Shown here in pieces: positions 29,806-39,628 of a stretch of DNA of 64,000 nt. Source of the DNA: Candidatus Latescibacterota bacterium (GTDB lineage: Bacteria; Latescibacterota; UBA2968; GCA-2709665); assembly GCA_965237675.1 (NCBI GenBank), contig OZ250150.1, positions 672,001 to 736,000 on the forward strand, read 5' to 3'. The notes beneath the pieces were generated by a model. The model saw only the letters and a program-made list of their open reading frames with translations. It searched no databases and had not been told where the DNA came from. The position numbers were made by a program, and so were the translations under genes. How positions within the stretch are numbered: position 1 is the first letter of the stretch; the number at the start of each line of letters is the position of its first letter.

Positions 29806-30624
29806 ATGCCCGAGACCGTTACCCTGACACTGTCCCAGCGGTATCACTTCGACACCTGCGGGTACGTATTGCTGGAAGACGCGTTGACGCCGGACGAGGT
29901 GGAGCGCATGAAGTCGGCGCTTTACCGGCTGAAAGCCGATCCCGAATCAGCGGCTCCGCGCGTGTATGTGCGCCCGAGGGGCGACCACCATGTGCTGTTT
30001 GGAAATCTGGTGGAGTACGACCCCGCCCTGCTGGACTATGCGGCCCATCCCCGACTCGTTCCCCTGGTGGAAGAGGTGGTGGGCGGTGCCGTGCGGCTGG
30101 AGGAGACGGAGGCGATCATCAACCGGCGGGATCCGAAGGCGGATCTAAATCAACTTCGGAAACGCCGGACCAATCCAACGGGTTTTCACAGGGGTACAAC
30201 GGCGACCTGGGGCTGCTATACGGAACAGGATCGGTTTCACTGTGTTTTCGTAAAGACGCTCGCTTATCTGACGGACGTAGGTCCGGATGACGGAGGCACT
30301 TGTCTGATTCCCGGCAGCCACCGATTGACATGGCCCCGCGAGGAGATGATTCGGGCGGCCATGGACGACGAACGGCTGATCCATCAGGTCGAGGCCAGGG
30401 CAGGTTCGGTACTCTTGTTCGGGGAGTCGCTCATTCACAGCACCACCGCCATCAAGAGCGATAAGGAGCGGGTGATTCTGGTTGCGGGATACACGCCGCC
30501 GATGCTACGGGAGTGGATGGGCAACGAAGTAAGCCCCGAATTTGCCGGGACCCTCCCGGAAGAGATACGACCGTTGATTACGGGCAGCGACAGCTGGAAC
30601 TGGCGGCGGAACTATTCACAGTAA
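29806..30624 (+). CDS. phytanoyl-CoA dioxygenase (PhyH) family Fe/2OG protein
   Basis: FDTCGY, GFHRG, YLTDVGPDDGGTCLIPGSH and AGSVLLFGESLIH. Confidence 0.85.
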   Translation: MPETVTLTLSQRYHFDTCGYVLLEDALTPDEVERMKSALYRLKADPESAAPRVYVRPRGDHHVLFGNLVEYDPALLDYAAHPRLVPLVEEVVGGAVRLEETEAIINRRDPKADLNQLRKRRTNPTGFHRGTTATWGCYTEQDRFHCVFVKTLAYLTDVGPDDGGTCLIPGSHRLTWPREEMIRAAMDDERLIHQVEARAGSVLLFGESLIHSTTAIKSDKERVILVAGYTPPMLREWMGNEVSPEFAGTLPEEIRPLITGSDSWNWRRNYSQ

Positions 30625-30651
30625 CATCGATTCTTTCGAGGAGTTCTCTCA

Positions 30652-31395
30652 ATGGCGGACTTGCGTGTATTTGTCGGAGATCTGACCCGATCAGAGTTTC
30701 GGAAGCGGATGGAGGCGGGTGTGATTGAGGCGGGGATTGTGCCGGTCGGTGCCACGGAGCAGCACAATGAACATCTGGAGATGATTCACGATGCATTTCA
30801 CGTGAGTCACGTCGCGGAACAGGCCGCCAAACGGCTTCATCCGCAGGTCGTGGTGGCGTCTCCCGTAAGCATCGGCGTCTCGGAACAATGGATGGAGCAT
30901 ATCGGGACGCTGACGGTGCGGCCGGAGATTTTTTGCGAGTACGTTTACGATGTGTGTGATTCACTCAGGCGGGCGGGTCTTCGAAATATCCTGATTCTGA
31001 ACGGCCATGGAGGAAACGTGAAACCGATTATGCGCCGCATTGACGAATACCGGGAACGGCTGGGTCTGAATCTCCGGTTTCAATCATATTGGGACGTGTA
31101 CGATCCCGCGCTGGTCTTTTCGACCATGGAGACCAACCGTCTTCCCGGACACGCCTGTGAATACGAAACCTCCACGATGATGGCGCTTGCGCCGGAACGG
31201 GTACACGCGGCGGATATAGACAATGAGGCGGCGACGCTCGCAACGAGAGAAAAAGGGGAGCGGCTACTCGAGCCGGCGGTTGCGGGTGTGGCGGCCGTGG
31301 TACGCAAAATGATCGAGGGCGAACCGGTGAATAAGCCTCCGGTCACGTTCGTGGATGGACAACGCATTCATATGGTGACCGGCGACCCGGTTTAG
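30652..31395 (+). CDS. creatininase family protein
   Basis: PVGATEQH..HL...D, LNGHGGN and GHACEYETS. Confidence 0.9.
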   Translation: MADLRVFVGDLTRSEFRKRMEAGVIEAGIVPVGATEQHNEHLEMIHDAFHVSHVAEQAAKRLHPQVVVASPVSIGVSEQWMEHIGTLTVRPEIFCEYVYDVCDSLRRAGLRNILILNGHGGNVKPIMRRIDEYRERLGLNLRFQSYWDVYDPALVFSTMETNRLPGHACEYETSTMMALAPERVHAADIDNEAATLATREKGERLLEPAVAGVAAVVRKMIEGEPVNKPPVTFVDGQRIHMVTGDPV

Positions 31396-31445
31396 CCTGG
31401 CGACCAAACGCGTTGCATATCTGCCTTCAGGCGAACCGCAAAAAA

Positions 31446-31521
31446 TGGAGCCGCCCGGGGGACTCGAACCCCCGACCTACGGATTACAAATCCGTTGCTC
31501 TACCAGCTGAGCTAGGGCGGC
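31446..31521 (-). tRNA. tRNA-Thr (anticodon TGT)
   Basis: GCCGCCCTAGCTCAGCTGGTAGAGCAACGGATTTGTAATCCGTAGGTCGGGGGTTCGAGTCCCCCGGGCGGCTCCA, 76 nt with encoded CCA. Confidence 0.97.
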
Positions 31522-31663
31522 TTGAATTCAGCAATTAATACTCCGGATCTGCGATGAAAGCCGTGCCCCTCCCGTGGTTATCCGGATAACGCTCTACGCC
31601 ACAAAAACGGAAGACAGACGAACCTCAGAGCCCTCATGCGGGTAGAAAGGCGCTCTCGATCCG

Positions 31664-33076
31664 TCAGGACCGCTTCCAGACCGTCCCCTCGGGTGTGTCC
31701 TCCAACGTATAGCCCAATTCTGTGAAACGATCCCGAATCTCGTCCGCCCGCGCCCAATTCCTCTCCTTCCTCGCCTGGTCACGTTCTGCGATCAGCGCCT
31801 TGAGATCGTCGGGAATTTCTTCCTTCCTTTCATCCTCGCGTGGCGTATAAAACACCCCCAGCACCTGATCGATCTCATCCACAAAGCCGTTAATCCGGTT
31901 GGCGCCATTCCGGTCCACCCGTCCCTCGCCAAGCAGATCCTCAACGGCATTCACCATCTCGAACACGGCGCTCATTGCACGCGGTGTCTTCAGATCGTCA
32001 TCCATATGCCTGACAAACCCTTCACGCGCAGTTTCCAACAGGCATGTCGGATCCTCCCCGCCGTCCGTCTGTATGATTTCGCTCAGCCTGCGCCTGAAAT
32101 TGTCCAACCTACGTATTGTATTCCGTGCGGCGTCGAGCACCTCTTTGGAGAAATTAAACGCGGTACGGTAGTGGTTGCTCACCACCAGGTAGCGGAAGGC
32201 ACGGGCGTCATCGGGTGTATTCACGATATCCCGCACCGTCAGGTAATTGCCAAGGCTCTTGGACATCTTTTCGTCGTCTACATTAATATGTGCACCGTGC
32301 AGCCAATAATTGACAAAGCGTTTGCCTGTTACCGCCTCGCTTTGCGCAATCTCATTCTGATGGTGCGGGAAAATCAGATCCACGGCCCCGGCATGGATAT
32401 CGATGGTCTCCCCCAGATATTTGATTGACATGCACGAGCACTCCATGTGCCAGCCCGGCCGTCCCGTACCCAGGTCGGTTTTCCAGAACACGTCCCCGTC
32501 GGCCGATTTCCACGCCTTCCACAGCACGAAATCCCGCGCATCTTCCTTGTCATATTTGTCCGTATCCACACCACTGGCGCCTGCCTGCAGTCCGGAAACG
32601 TCCAGTTGCGCCAATTCCCCGTATGGGGGAAAGCTCCGTATCGAAAAATACACGGAGCCGTCGTGCTCGTATGCATGGCCGCCTTCAATCATCCGATGGA
32701 TCATTTCCACCATTTCGGATATGTGCGCCGTCGCCCGCGGATAGTGATCGGCCGGGAGCAAATTCAACGTTTCCATGTCCTCAAAAAAGGCGGCGGTATA
32801 CCGATCGGTGAGCGCCTTTAAAGTTGTCTCCTGGTCGCGAACTTTCCCGATTATATTGTCGTCCACGTCCGTAATGTTCATCACGTGGCGAACCTGATAA
32901 CCCCGGTATGTCAGATAGCGCTTGATCAGGTCAAAGACGACAAATGTCTTGAAATTTCCGATATGAGAATAGTCGTGAACCGTTGGGCCGCAACTGTAGA
33001 ACGTCACCTTGCCCGGTTCAATTTCCTTGAATTCCTCTTTTTCTCGGGTCAGACTATTGTAAAACCAGATGGCCAT
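31664..33076 (-). CDS. cysS: cysteine--tRNA ligase
   Basis: CGPTV..HIGN, TDVDD, GRPGWHMEC, FPHHQNE and KMSKSLGN. Confidence 0.97.
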   Translation of the reverse strand: MAIWFYNSLTREKEEFKEIEPGKVTFYSCGPTVHDYSHIGNFKTFVVFDLIKRYLTYRGYQVRHVMNITDVDDNIIGKVRDQETTLKALTDRYTAAFFEDMETLNLLPADHYPRATAHISEMVEMIHRMIEGGHAYEHDGSVYFSIRSFPPYGELAQLDVSGLQAGASGVDTDKYDKEDARDFVLWKAWKSADGDVFWKTDLGTGRPGWHMECSCMSIKYLGETIDIHAGAVDLIFPHHQNEIAQSEAVTGKRFVNYWLHGAHINVDDEKMSKSLGNYLTVRDIVNTPDDARAFRYLVVSNHYRTAFNFSKEVLDAARNTIRRLDNFRRRLSEIIQTDGGEDPTCLLETAREGFVRHMDDDLKTPRAMSAVFEMVNAVEDLLGEGRVDRNGANRINGFVDEIDQVLGVFYTPREDERKEEIPDDLKALIAERDQARKERNWARADEIRDRFTELGYTLEDTPEGTVWKRS

Positions 33077-33121
33077 TGACGGTTCCCTCGCTGCCGCATT
33101 CCGGCGACCCATCGCACGCGG

Positions 33122-34225
33122 CTATACGGATGTCTTCAACCTCTGCTCCCGCCCGTGTCGTTCAAACGCCAACTGAATCAGGCGGTCGACCAGTTCCGTG
33201 TACGATATCCCGCTCGCCTCCCAAAGTTTCGGATACATGCTGATCCGTGTAAAGCCGGGAATGGTGTTGATTTCGTTGATCAGTACCTCGTCGTCCCCCA
33301 GCAGAAAGCAATCCACGCGCGCCATCCCTTCACAGCAAAGCACCTTGTAGGCCCGGATTGCCAGCGCCTGCACCTCGTGTACGGCTGACTCGGGAAGATC
33401 TGCCGGAATCGCCAGTCCGGCCCCGTTTTCGTCGATATATTTCGCTTCGTAAGTGTAGAATTCGTGGTGCGGAATAATCTCACCCGGAACGGACGCGATC
33501 GGATCGTCGTTGCCCAACACCGAACACTCGATCTCGCGGCCCCCGGCGTTTGCCTCAATCAAAATCTTGTGGTCGTACTGAAACGCAAATTCGAGCGCGT
33601 CGGCGAAATTCTCCCGCCCGTCCACACGGCTCACGCCAACCGACGAACCCATATTGGCAGGCTTCACATACACAGGCAGGCCCAGCCGTTTCACAACCGC
33701 ATCGAAGTCGATCTCCGCGCAGGACCGGGAAAATGTCACAAAATCAGGGGTCGGAATGCCGGCCTCCCGCAGCAGGCGTTTCATGACGTCCTTATCCATT
33801 GCCACAGCCGAACCCAGGACACCGGCGCCTACGAAAGGAATATCGGCCAGTTTCAACATCCCCTGAACGGTGCCGTCCTCTCCGAACGGCCCGTGCAGAA
33901 CGGGAAAAACCACATCCACGGCCTGCAGCCGCTGATGGTCGGAAGAACGAACGAGATGCGCACCGCCTGTATTCTGCGGCACCAGCAACACTCCGGGATC
34001 GGCATCGCCTACCGTCAGCGCCGGGAGTTCCGAACCTGCGGCCTCGACAGACAGGCGTGACGGAGCACTCAGGTGCCACTGCCCTTCCCTGTCGATTCCG
34101 ATCAGTACCACTTCGTACTTGCGCTTGTCAATTGCCTCGACGACGTTCTTGGCGGACGCCTGCGACACTTCGTGCTCGGCGGACTTACCGCCGAAAAGCA
34201 CGCCGACGCGGATCTTATTGCCCAT
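33122..34225 (-). CDS. ddl: D-alanine--D-alanine ligase
   Basis: FGGKSAEHEVS, LHGPFGEDGTVQG, KPANMGSSVG and NEINTIPGFT. Confidence 0.96.
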   Translation of the reverse strand: MGNKIRVGVLFGGKSAEHEVSQASAKNVVEAIDKRKYEVVLIGIDREGQWHLSAPSRLSVEAAGSELPALTVGDADPGVLLVPQNTGGAHLVRSSDHQRLQAVDVVFPVLHGPFGEDGTVQGMLKLADIPFVGAGVLGSAVAMDKDVMKRLLREAGIPTPDFVTFSRSCAEIDFDAVVKRLGLPVYVKPANMGSSVGVSRVDGRENFADALEFAFQYDHKILIEANAGGREIECSVLGNDDPIASVPGEIIPHHEFYTYEAKYIDENGAGLAIPADLPESAVHEVQALAIRAYKVLCCEGMARVDCFLLGDDEVLINEINTIPGFTRISMYPKLWEASGISYTELVDRLIQLAFERHGREQRLKTSV

Positions 34226-34297
34226 CGACGTTACCTCAAGAGTGAATCGGCGCCTGTTGAGCTCAAATCGAGGGAGACCAATCGTTGCGGGTGACCG

Positions 34298-34984
34298 TCA
34301 GGACGCCCCTTTGTCAAGCGGCGTTGAATCGCTGGAATCCACGGAATCTCCCCGGCGTTTCTTTCTCCGCCAAAGCCAGTACCCGATCCCGCCGGCCACC
34401 ATCAGTACCAGAATCATCCGATTATAAGCCCGCAGAACGTCGACCACCAGCCACCAGTTTTCGCCCACCTTCAACCCGAAATACACCAGCAGGCTGTTCC
34501 ACAGGAGTGTACTCAGGACAACGTATACGAGCATCCGAACCGGGTGTATGCGGCAGATCCCGGCCACGATCCCCACAAAGGCCCGTACGGTGGGCAAAAA
34601 TCGGTTGAAGATCACGATCCGATCGCCGTACCGCAAGAAACCCGCCTCCACCCGGTCCAGGTTCTTCTCTGAAAAAATCCGGGAATTGAATCCCAGGAAG
34701 AATGCACGCCCTTTCCAGTATGCCACACCGTAAACCAGCATACATCCCATTGTGCTGCCCAACCACATTGCCAAATATGCCGGCACCAGCCGAACAATGC
34801 CCATCCCGGCGAGATAGGCGCCAAAGACGATCAGGGTATCTCCCGGGATTGGTGGTACCAGATTCTCCAAAAAGGCGCCGAGAAACAAAAAAAAACAGAT
34901 CAACTCCGGTGGCTGATCGTCCAGAATCAGCAGAAACTGTTCCCATGCCCGCGACAAGAACGCAAGATCGAACGGAAATTCCAA
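34298..34984 (-). CDS. DedA family membrane protein
   Basis: FLENLVPPIPGD, RYG..IF.RFLPTVR. Confidence 0.9.
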   Translation of the reverse strand: MEFPFDLAFLSRAWEQFLLILDDQPPELICFFLFLGAFLENLVPPIPGDTLIVFGAYLAGMGIVRLVPAYLAMWLGSTMGCMLVYGVAYWKGRAFFLGFNSRIFSEKNLDRVEAGFLRYGDRIVIFNRFLPTVRAFVGIVAGICRIHPVRMLVYVVLSTLLWNSLLVYFGLKVGENWWLVVDVLRAYNRMILVLMVAGGIGYWLWRRKKRRGDSVDSSDSTPLDKGAS

Positions 34985-35008
34985 CCGACCCTCCTTACCC
35001 CATGTGGC

Positions 35009-36223
35009 CTAACCCAAATTTCCTTTTCCCGGGTCATGGATCCCAACCCCCAACGCGACGAGCGCGACCGCCTGAGCGGCCATTCCCTCCTCTGTCCCTA
35101 CAAACCCCAGGCCCTCGGTCGTCGTCGCCTTTACCGACATCCGGTCCGCCGCGATACCAAGCGCTGCGGCCATTTTTGCACGCATATCGGAAATGTGCGG
35201 CGCAAGCTTCGGGCGTTGCGCAATCACTGTTGCGTCCACGTTCATGATCTGTGCGCCGGCATCCCGGGCCAGCCCGGACACCCGCTCCAGCAGAATCAGA
35301 CTCGAAATACCGGAATATGCCGGATCGGCGTCGGGAAAGTGCCCGCCGATATCGCCCTGGCCCATCGCACCCAGAACGGCATCCGCTACCGCATGGGATA
35401 GCACATCGGCGTCGGAGTGCCCCTGTAGACCCCGGTCGAACGGAACCGTCACCCCGCCCAGAATCAGCGGCCGGCCCGCGACCAGCCGGTGTACGTCATA
35501 TCCCTGGCCGGTGCGTAAATCCGATGGCATGCCCCCCCCTCTGGATCTCAAAATCGATTCGGCCATCGCCAGATCCTCCGGCGCGGTCACTTTCAGATTG
35601 TCCTCCCGCCCAGTCACGAGGTATACGGGCGCCTTCTGTCGCTCCACAAGCGACGTATCGTCCGTACCCGCGAACGCGCATCGGGCGGCCGCTTCGTGGG
35701 CCCGTCGCAACATTGGCGCGCGAAACGCCTGGGGGGTCTGGACGCGCCACAACCGCGATCGGTCCAGCGTTTGCAACACACGCCCGTTTTCGATTTCCTT
35801 GACCGTATCCCTTACAGGCGTACCCAACGCCGCCGCGCCCTTCTCACGCGCCAAATCGATGACGGCGTCGATCTGCTCGGGCAGAATCAACGGCCGAGCC
35901 CCGTCATGGATCGCAACGACATCCGCGTCATCCGGTACCGCCCCCAGTCCCTCCGCAACAGAATCCTGGCGCCGCGCGCCACCCGTCACCACCGCGGCAA
36001 CTTTCCGGATGCCCCACCGGCCAACGACCTCCCGGCAGCGATCCACGCTATCCGCCAGCGTGACAAGCACGACGCGGTCGACCCGGTTTGCGCGATCGAA
36101 GGCTGCCAACGCGTGGACAAGTAACGGACGCCCGGCCAGGGTGATGAATTGCTTCGGCAGTTCGCACCCCATCCGCCGGCCGGCGCCGGCGGCAAGCACA
36201 ATTGCGTAAACCATATTGGACAC
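35009..36223 (-). CDS. ispDF: bifunctional IspD/IspF
   Basis: [20 protein letters not shown] and QTPQ (IspD); GYDVH, HSDADV..HA..DA and [10 protein letters not shown] (IspF). Confidence 0.95.
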   Translation of the reverse strand: MSNMVYAIVLAAGAGRRMGCELPKQFITLAGRPLLVHALAAFDRANRVDRVVLVTLADSVDRCREVVGRWGIRKVAAVVTGGARRQDSVAEGLGAVPDDADVVAIHDGARPLILPEQIDAVIDLAREKGAAALGTPVRDTVKEIENGRVLQTLDRSRLWRVQTPQAFRAPMLRRAHEAAARCAFAGTDDTSLVERQKAPVYLVTGREDNLKVTAPEDLAMAESILRSRGGGMPSDLRTGQGYDVHRLVAGRPLILGGVTVPFDRGLQGHSDADVLSHAVADAVLGAMGQGDIGGHFPDADPAYSGISSLILLERVSGLARDAGAQIMNVDATVIAQRPKLAPHISDMRAKMAAALGIAADRMSVKATTTEGLGFVGTEEGMAAQAVALVALGVGIHDPGKGNLG

Positions 36224-36226
36224 CGC

Positions 36227-37264
36227 TTACAGAATCAACATTGCGTCGCCATAGCTGTAGAATCGATACTCCTGCTGCACCGCTTCTTCGTACGCCCCCA
36301 ATGTGAACCCCCGGTCCGCAAATGCGGAAACCAGCATAAGAAGCGTCGAACGGGGCAGATGGAAATTGGTGACCAGCGTGTCTATCAGCTTGAACCGGTA
36401 CGGGGGATAGACGAATAACCTGGTCCAACCGGAACCGGGATTCAAAATCCAGCCATCGCGTTTTTCCATCGCCGATGATTCGAGCGCGCGCACGGTTGTT
36501 GTGCCCACCGCCACAACGCGACCTCCATTCCGCCGGCATGTATTCACTTTCTCGGCGGCTTCGGAACCAATCTCAAAGTACTCCGCATCCATCTCGTGCC
36601 GCCGGGGGTCTTCCACTTCGACGGGCTGAAATGTCCCCGGTCCCACATGCAGCAGCACCGGGACGATCTCGACGCCGGATTCCCGGATCCGTTCGAGGAG
36701 ATCCGACGTAAAATGCAGCCCCGCGGTAGGCGCCGCGACGGCGCCGGGGGTTCGCGCGTACACCGCCTGGTATCGTTCCCGATCTGTGGGATCATCTTCC
36801 CGTTTAATATAGGGTGGCAATGGAATGCGCCCGTGTCGCCCCAGAAGCAATTCCAGAGATGCGTTCCCGTTGAACCGAACCAACCGGCGTCCGGAGGACA
36901 GGACCTCCGTCACCACGGCGACAAGATCCACCTCCTGAAATACCACCTCCGCGCCTTCCCGCAACCGCCGGCCCGGTCGCGCGAGAACTTCCCAGCAATC
37001 TCCGTCGGGACGAATCAGCAGGAGTTCCACGGCCCCGCCACTTCCGGCACGGAATCCGTTGAGGCGAGCGGGGAAAACGCGCGTTTCGTTGACGACCAGA
37101 CAATCACCGGGACGCAGAAAATCCGGAAACGACCTGAACACCGCATGTTCGATCCGCCCGGTTTTTCGATCCAGAACCATCAACCGGGCGCCGTCCCGTT
37201 CGGAAGCCGGGTACTGGGCAATCAAACCTTCGGGAAGTTCGTAATCGTAGTCTGCGAGGTTCAT
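36227..37264 (-). CDS. queA: SAM:tRNA ribosyltransferase-isomerase
   Basis: DYELPEGLIAQYP, PLPPYI, AAPTAGLHF, LHVGPGTF, TNFHLP and YRFYSYGDAM. Confidence 0.97.
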   Translation of the reverse strand: MNLADYDYELPEGLIAQYPASERDGARLMVLDRKTGRIEHAVFRSFPDFLRPGDCLVVNETRVFPARLNGFRAGSGGAVELLLIRPDGDCWEVLARPGRRLREGAEVVFQEVDLVAVVTEVLSSGRRLVRFNGNASLELLLGRHGRIPLPPYIKREDDPTDRERYQAVYARTPGAVAAPTAGLHFTSDLLERIRESGVEIVPVLLHVGPGTFQPVEVEDPRRHEMDAEYFEIGSEAAEKVNTCRRNGGRVVAVGTTTVRALESSAMEKRDGWILNPGSGWTRLFVYPPYRFKLIDTLVTNFHLPRSTLLMLVSAFADRGFTLGAYEEAVQQEYRFYSYGDAMLIL

Positions 37265-37454
37265 GGAACCCAATGTCCGGACTCAGGAATACCTGGACAT
37301 TATTGCTACCGTCTCGTCCGGTGTCGGGGGGTTTGCGGCGTGCCGCTTTCTGAACGCGGACCGGCGAACCCTTGCTTTCCGCACCTGGCCCCGAGGACGC
37401 CCCCGTTCGCAGGTGAAAGCGGACGCCGAAGGTGGCGAATGCCTCCGGTTTACG

Positions 37455-37679
37455 TCAACGCCGGGAAATCAGATTCAGGACGACAGTCAGAACGATGCTA
37501 ACCACAATACACGTCACAAGCGGGAAATAGAGGCCGAACCCCTCCCGGCGAACGGCGATATCTCCTGGAAGCCGCCCCGGAAAAGGGATCCTATCTCCAA
37601 CCCAGAGCAGAAAACCCACCGAAAACACCAAAATCCCCACAACCATCAGGATCCTGCCGAAACCGGAAACCTCGTACAC
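37455..37679 (-). CDS. DUF2905 small membrane protein
   Basis: GRLPGDI..F.LYFPL.TCIV.S with two TM segments; a common neighbour of queA. Confidence 0.88.
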   Translation of the reverse strand: MYEVSGFGRILMVVGILVFSVGFLLWVGDRIPFPGRLPGDIAVRREGFGLYFPLVTCIVVSIVLTVVLNLISRR

Positions 37680-37704
37680 GACAACAACCTTTCAGAGAAG
37701 TCAA

Positions 37705-37733
37705 AACTTACAGAATTCTCGCTACAACGTCAA
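37705..37733 (-). promoter_or_regulatory. sigma70 promoter for the DUF2905-queA-ispDF operon
   Basis: TTGACG-17 bp-TAAGTT. Confidence 0.5.
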
Positions 37734-37865
37734 GGTATTGCATCTCAGAAAGAGGTTCTGGAACAGGCAGCCGAGAAGCCGGCAGCACGACAAATCCAAA
37801 TTTTCGTCCGCGTCGGATGCTCGATCGAATCCACGGCCATTTTCGCCGACGTTCCCGCAAAACAA

Positions 37866-37912
37866 CAAACGTGAAACACGTCGCACCGGAGCGGCGGACC
37901 GTTTCACGTTTG
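37866..37912. repeat. 12-bp inverted repeat
   Basis: CAAACGTGAAAC ... GTTTCACGTTTG. Confidence 0.6.
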
Positions 37913-37933
37913 GCGTTCGACGCGGAGCGGCCT

Positions 37934-38122
37934 CTAGTGTTCTGTCTCGGAAATAGATTGCCTGAATTCGGCCGCCGAGTCGCCCGGCTCGCAAGGCGCC
38001 TGCGACCTGCGTAAGGTCGGCCCAACGCAGCGAGACGGGATGAACCGGCGCCTGCCTGTGCGTGCTGCCTCACGCACGCAGACAGGGATGAATGGTGACA
38101 TATTTCCGGTACGGGACACTAG
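37934..38122. mobile_element. MITE-like non-autonomous element bounded by CTAG
   Basis: Left end CTAGTGTTCTGTCTCGGAAATA versus reverse complement of the right end CTAGTGTCCCGTACCGGAAATA (18/22). No transposase. Confidence 0.75.
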
Positions 38123-39153
38123 GGCGTAAAAACGACCTTCAACGCCTCCATATTCTCCGCTGCCGCGAACCCCTTCTCCCAATCTGCAAGCGGCAGCCGA
38201 TGCGTAATCATCGGATCCACGTCGATCTTGCCGTCGGCAATCATCCAGATGGTCTTATCCCAGCTTGCATACTCCGTCGACATATTGAAATATAGCGTCA
38301 CAACCTTGGTCATTGCCGCATCCCAGTCCAATTGCACCGGACGCTTGCCGGTAAGGCCGATCGCGCATATCCGGCCCCATTTGCAGACCAGATCGATGGC
38401 CTGCGCGATGGCAGGCGGAGCCCCCGAGCACTCAATCACCAGGTCGGCCCCTTTGCCGCCGGTTAACGCCATGCAGCGCTCCACCGGATCCGCCTCGGCG
38501 AAATTCACCACGTGGTCGACGCCCAACCTGCGCGCCGTCGACAGACGCAATTCCTCGTCTGCAGGCGCGCCCACCATCATCACCTCACGCGCGCCCGCCA
38601 CACGGGCGACCTGGGCCGCCAGCAGGCCGATTGGCCCCGGCCCCAGAACCACCACGAAATCGCCCACCTCGATTGCCTGCCTGTCTATAATATCCGTCAC
38701 CGTATTGGCCGCCGGTTCAACCAGCGCCCCCTGCTCAAAACTCATATGATCCGGTATGCGATGCAGCAGGTTGGTGGGATATTTTATATATCTGGTGAAT
38801 GCGCCGTCAATTCCCCAGCCAGGAGATCTCTTCTCAAGGCAGTTCTGAATATGGCCTTTCCGACAGAGGAAACACTTGCCGCAGTGCAACGTATGCGGCT
38901 CTCCGACCACACGGTCTCCCACTCTCCAATCCGATACCGCGCTTCCAACCTCGACGATCTCGCCCGAAAATTCATGACCCAGGATCACGGGCGGCCAGTA
39001 GGGGAATGTATCGTGTTTCACGTGCACATCCGTACCGCAGATGCCCGCCGCCTTTATTTCGATCAGAACCTCGTCGTCTGTAATTTCGGGCTCCGGTACG
39101 TCGCGCAACTCCAGGAACCCGACACCTCGTTTGGTCTTGACAACCGCCTCCAT
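38119..39153 (-). CDS. Zn-dependent medium-chain dehydrogenase (threonine/sorbitol DH-like)
   Basis: GICGTD, GHE, C..C..C.......C structural Zn site and GPGPIG. RBS AAGGAG. Confidence 0.92.
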   Translation of the reverse strand: MEAVVKTKRGVGFLELRDVPEPEITDDEVLIEIKAAGICGTDVHVKHDTFPYWPPVILGHEFSGEIVEVGSAVSDWRVGDRVVGEPHTLHCGKCFLCRKGHIQNCLEKRSPGWGIDGAFTRYIKYPTNLLHRIPDHMSFEQGALVEPAANTVTDIIDRQAIEVGDFVVVLGPGPIGLLAAQVARVAGAREVMMVGAPADEELRLSTARRLGVDHVVNFAEADPVERCMALTGGKGADLVIECSGAPPAIAQAIDLVCKWGRICAIGLTGKRPVQLDWDAAMTKVVTLYFNMSTEYASWDKTIWMIADGKIDVDPMITHRLPLADWEKGFAAAENMEALKVVFTP

Positions 39154-39316
39154 AATCTGCTCCTTTTTTGTTGGATCAATACAACACCGCTCCATCAGCC
39201 GGTTCGAAACAACGGCAACGCTGTGAAACGGAACCATCAGGATCGCGGGTTTTCGAGTGAACCCTGCACAGCGGTGAAATCTCGCGAATTACGCACGCGC
39301 GAGACACGAATTCCCC

Positions 39317-39350
39317 TTGAATTTCCGCTGTGGATAATGTATAATCCACA
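39317..39350 (+). promoter_or_regulatory. sigma70-like promoter overlapped by inverted DnaA-box-like pair
   Basis: TTGAAT-17 bp-TATAAT, with TGTGGATAA (39329-37) and TAATCCACA (39342-50). Confidence 0.5.
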
Positions 39351-39628
39351 TTATTATATCGCGGCCGACCGGCGTGTTCCCCGGTCGGCTGATACGATTG
39401 CAGGAAGCTGTCTCAAAACACCCAGCGGTCTTCGCGCGGCTGCAAAAGCGTCGGTCGCCGTTGGTCAAATCCACCCGTATCTTTAGCTAAGGGGCCTTCG
39501 CCCGCCTGGACCGACACCTTTTCGCTCGTGCTCGGGAACGCACCAGGAATTCCAAAACAGTTGTCATGCGCACTCTGGGGCACCCATTATGATGAAAATG
39601 GTTGCGTCAACGTAGCTTCTAACGGAAA

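Noticed and set aside
31577-31590. 14-bp palindrome GTTATCCGGATAAC upstream of tRNA-Thr
   Set aside because: Single occurrence with no supporting context; could be chance
31400-31660. Integrative island at tRNA-Thr
   Set aside because: No integrase and no duplicated tRNA 3' end seen in the window
37265-37455. preQ1 riboswitch upstream of queA
   Set aside because: GC-rich sequence lacking the preQ1 consensus and A-rich tail
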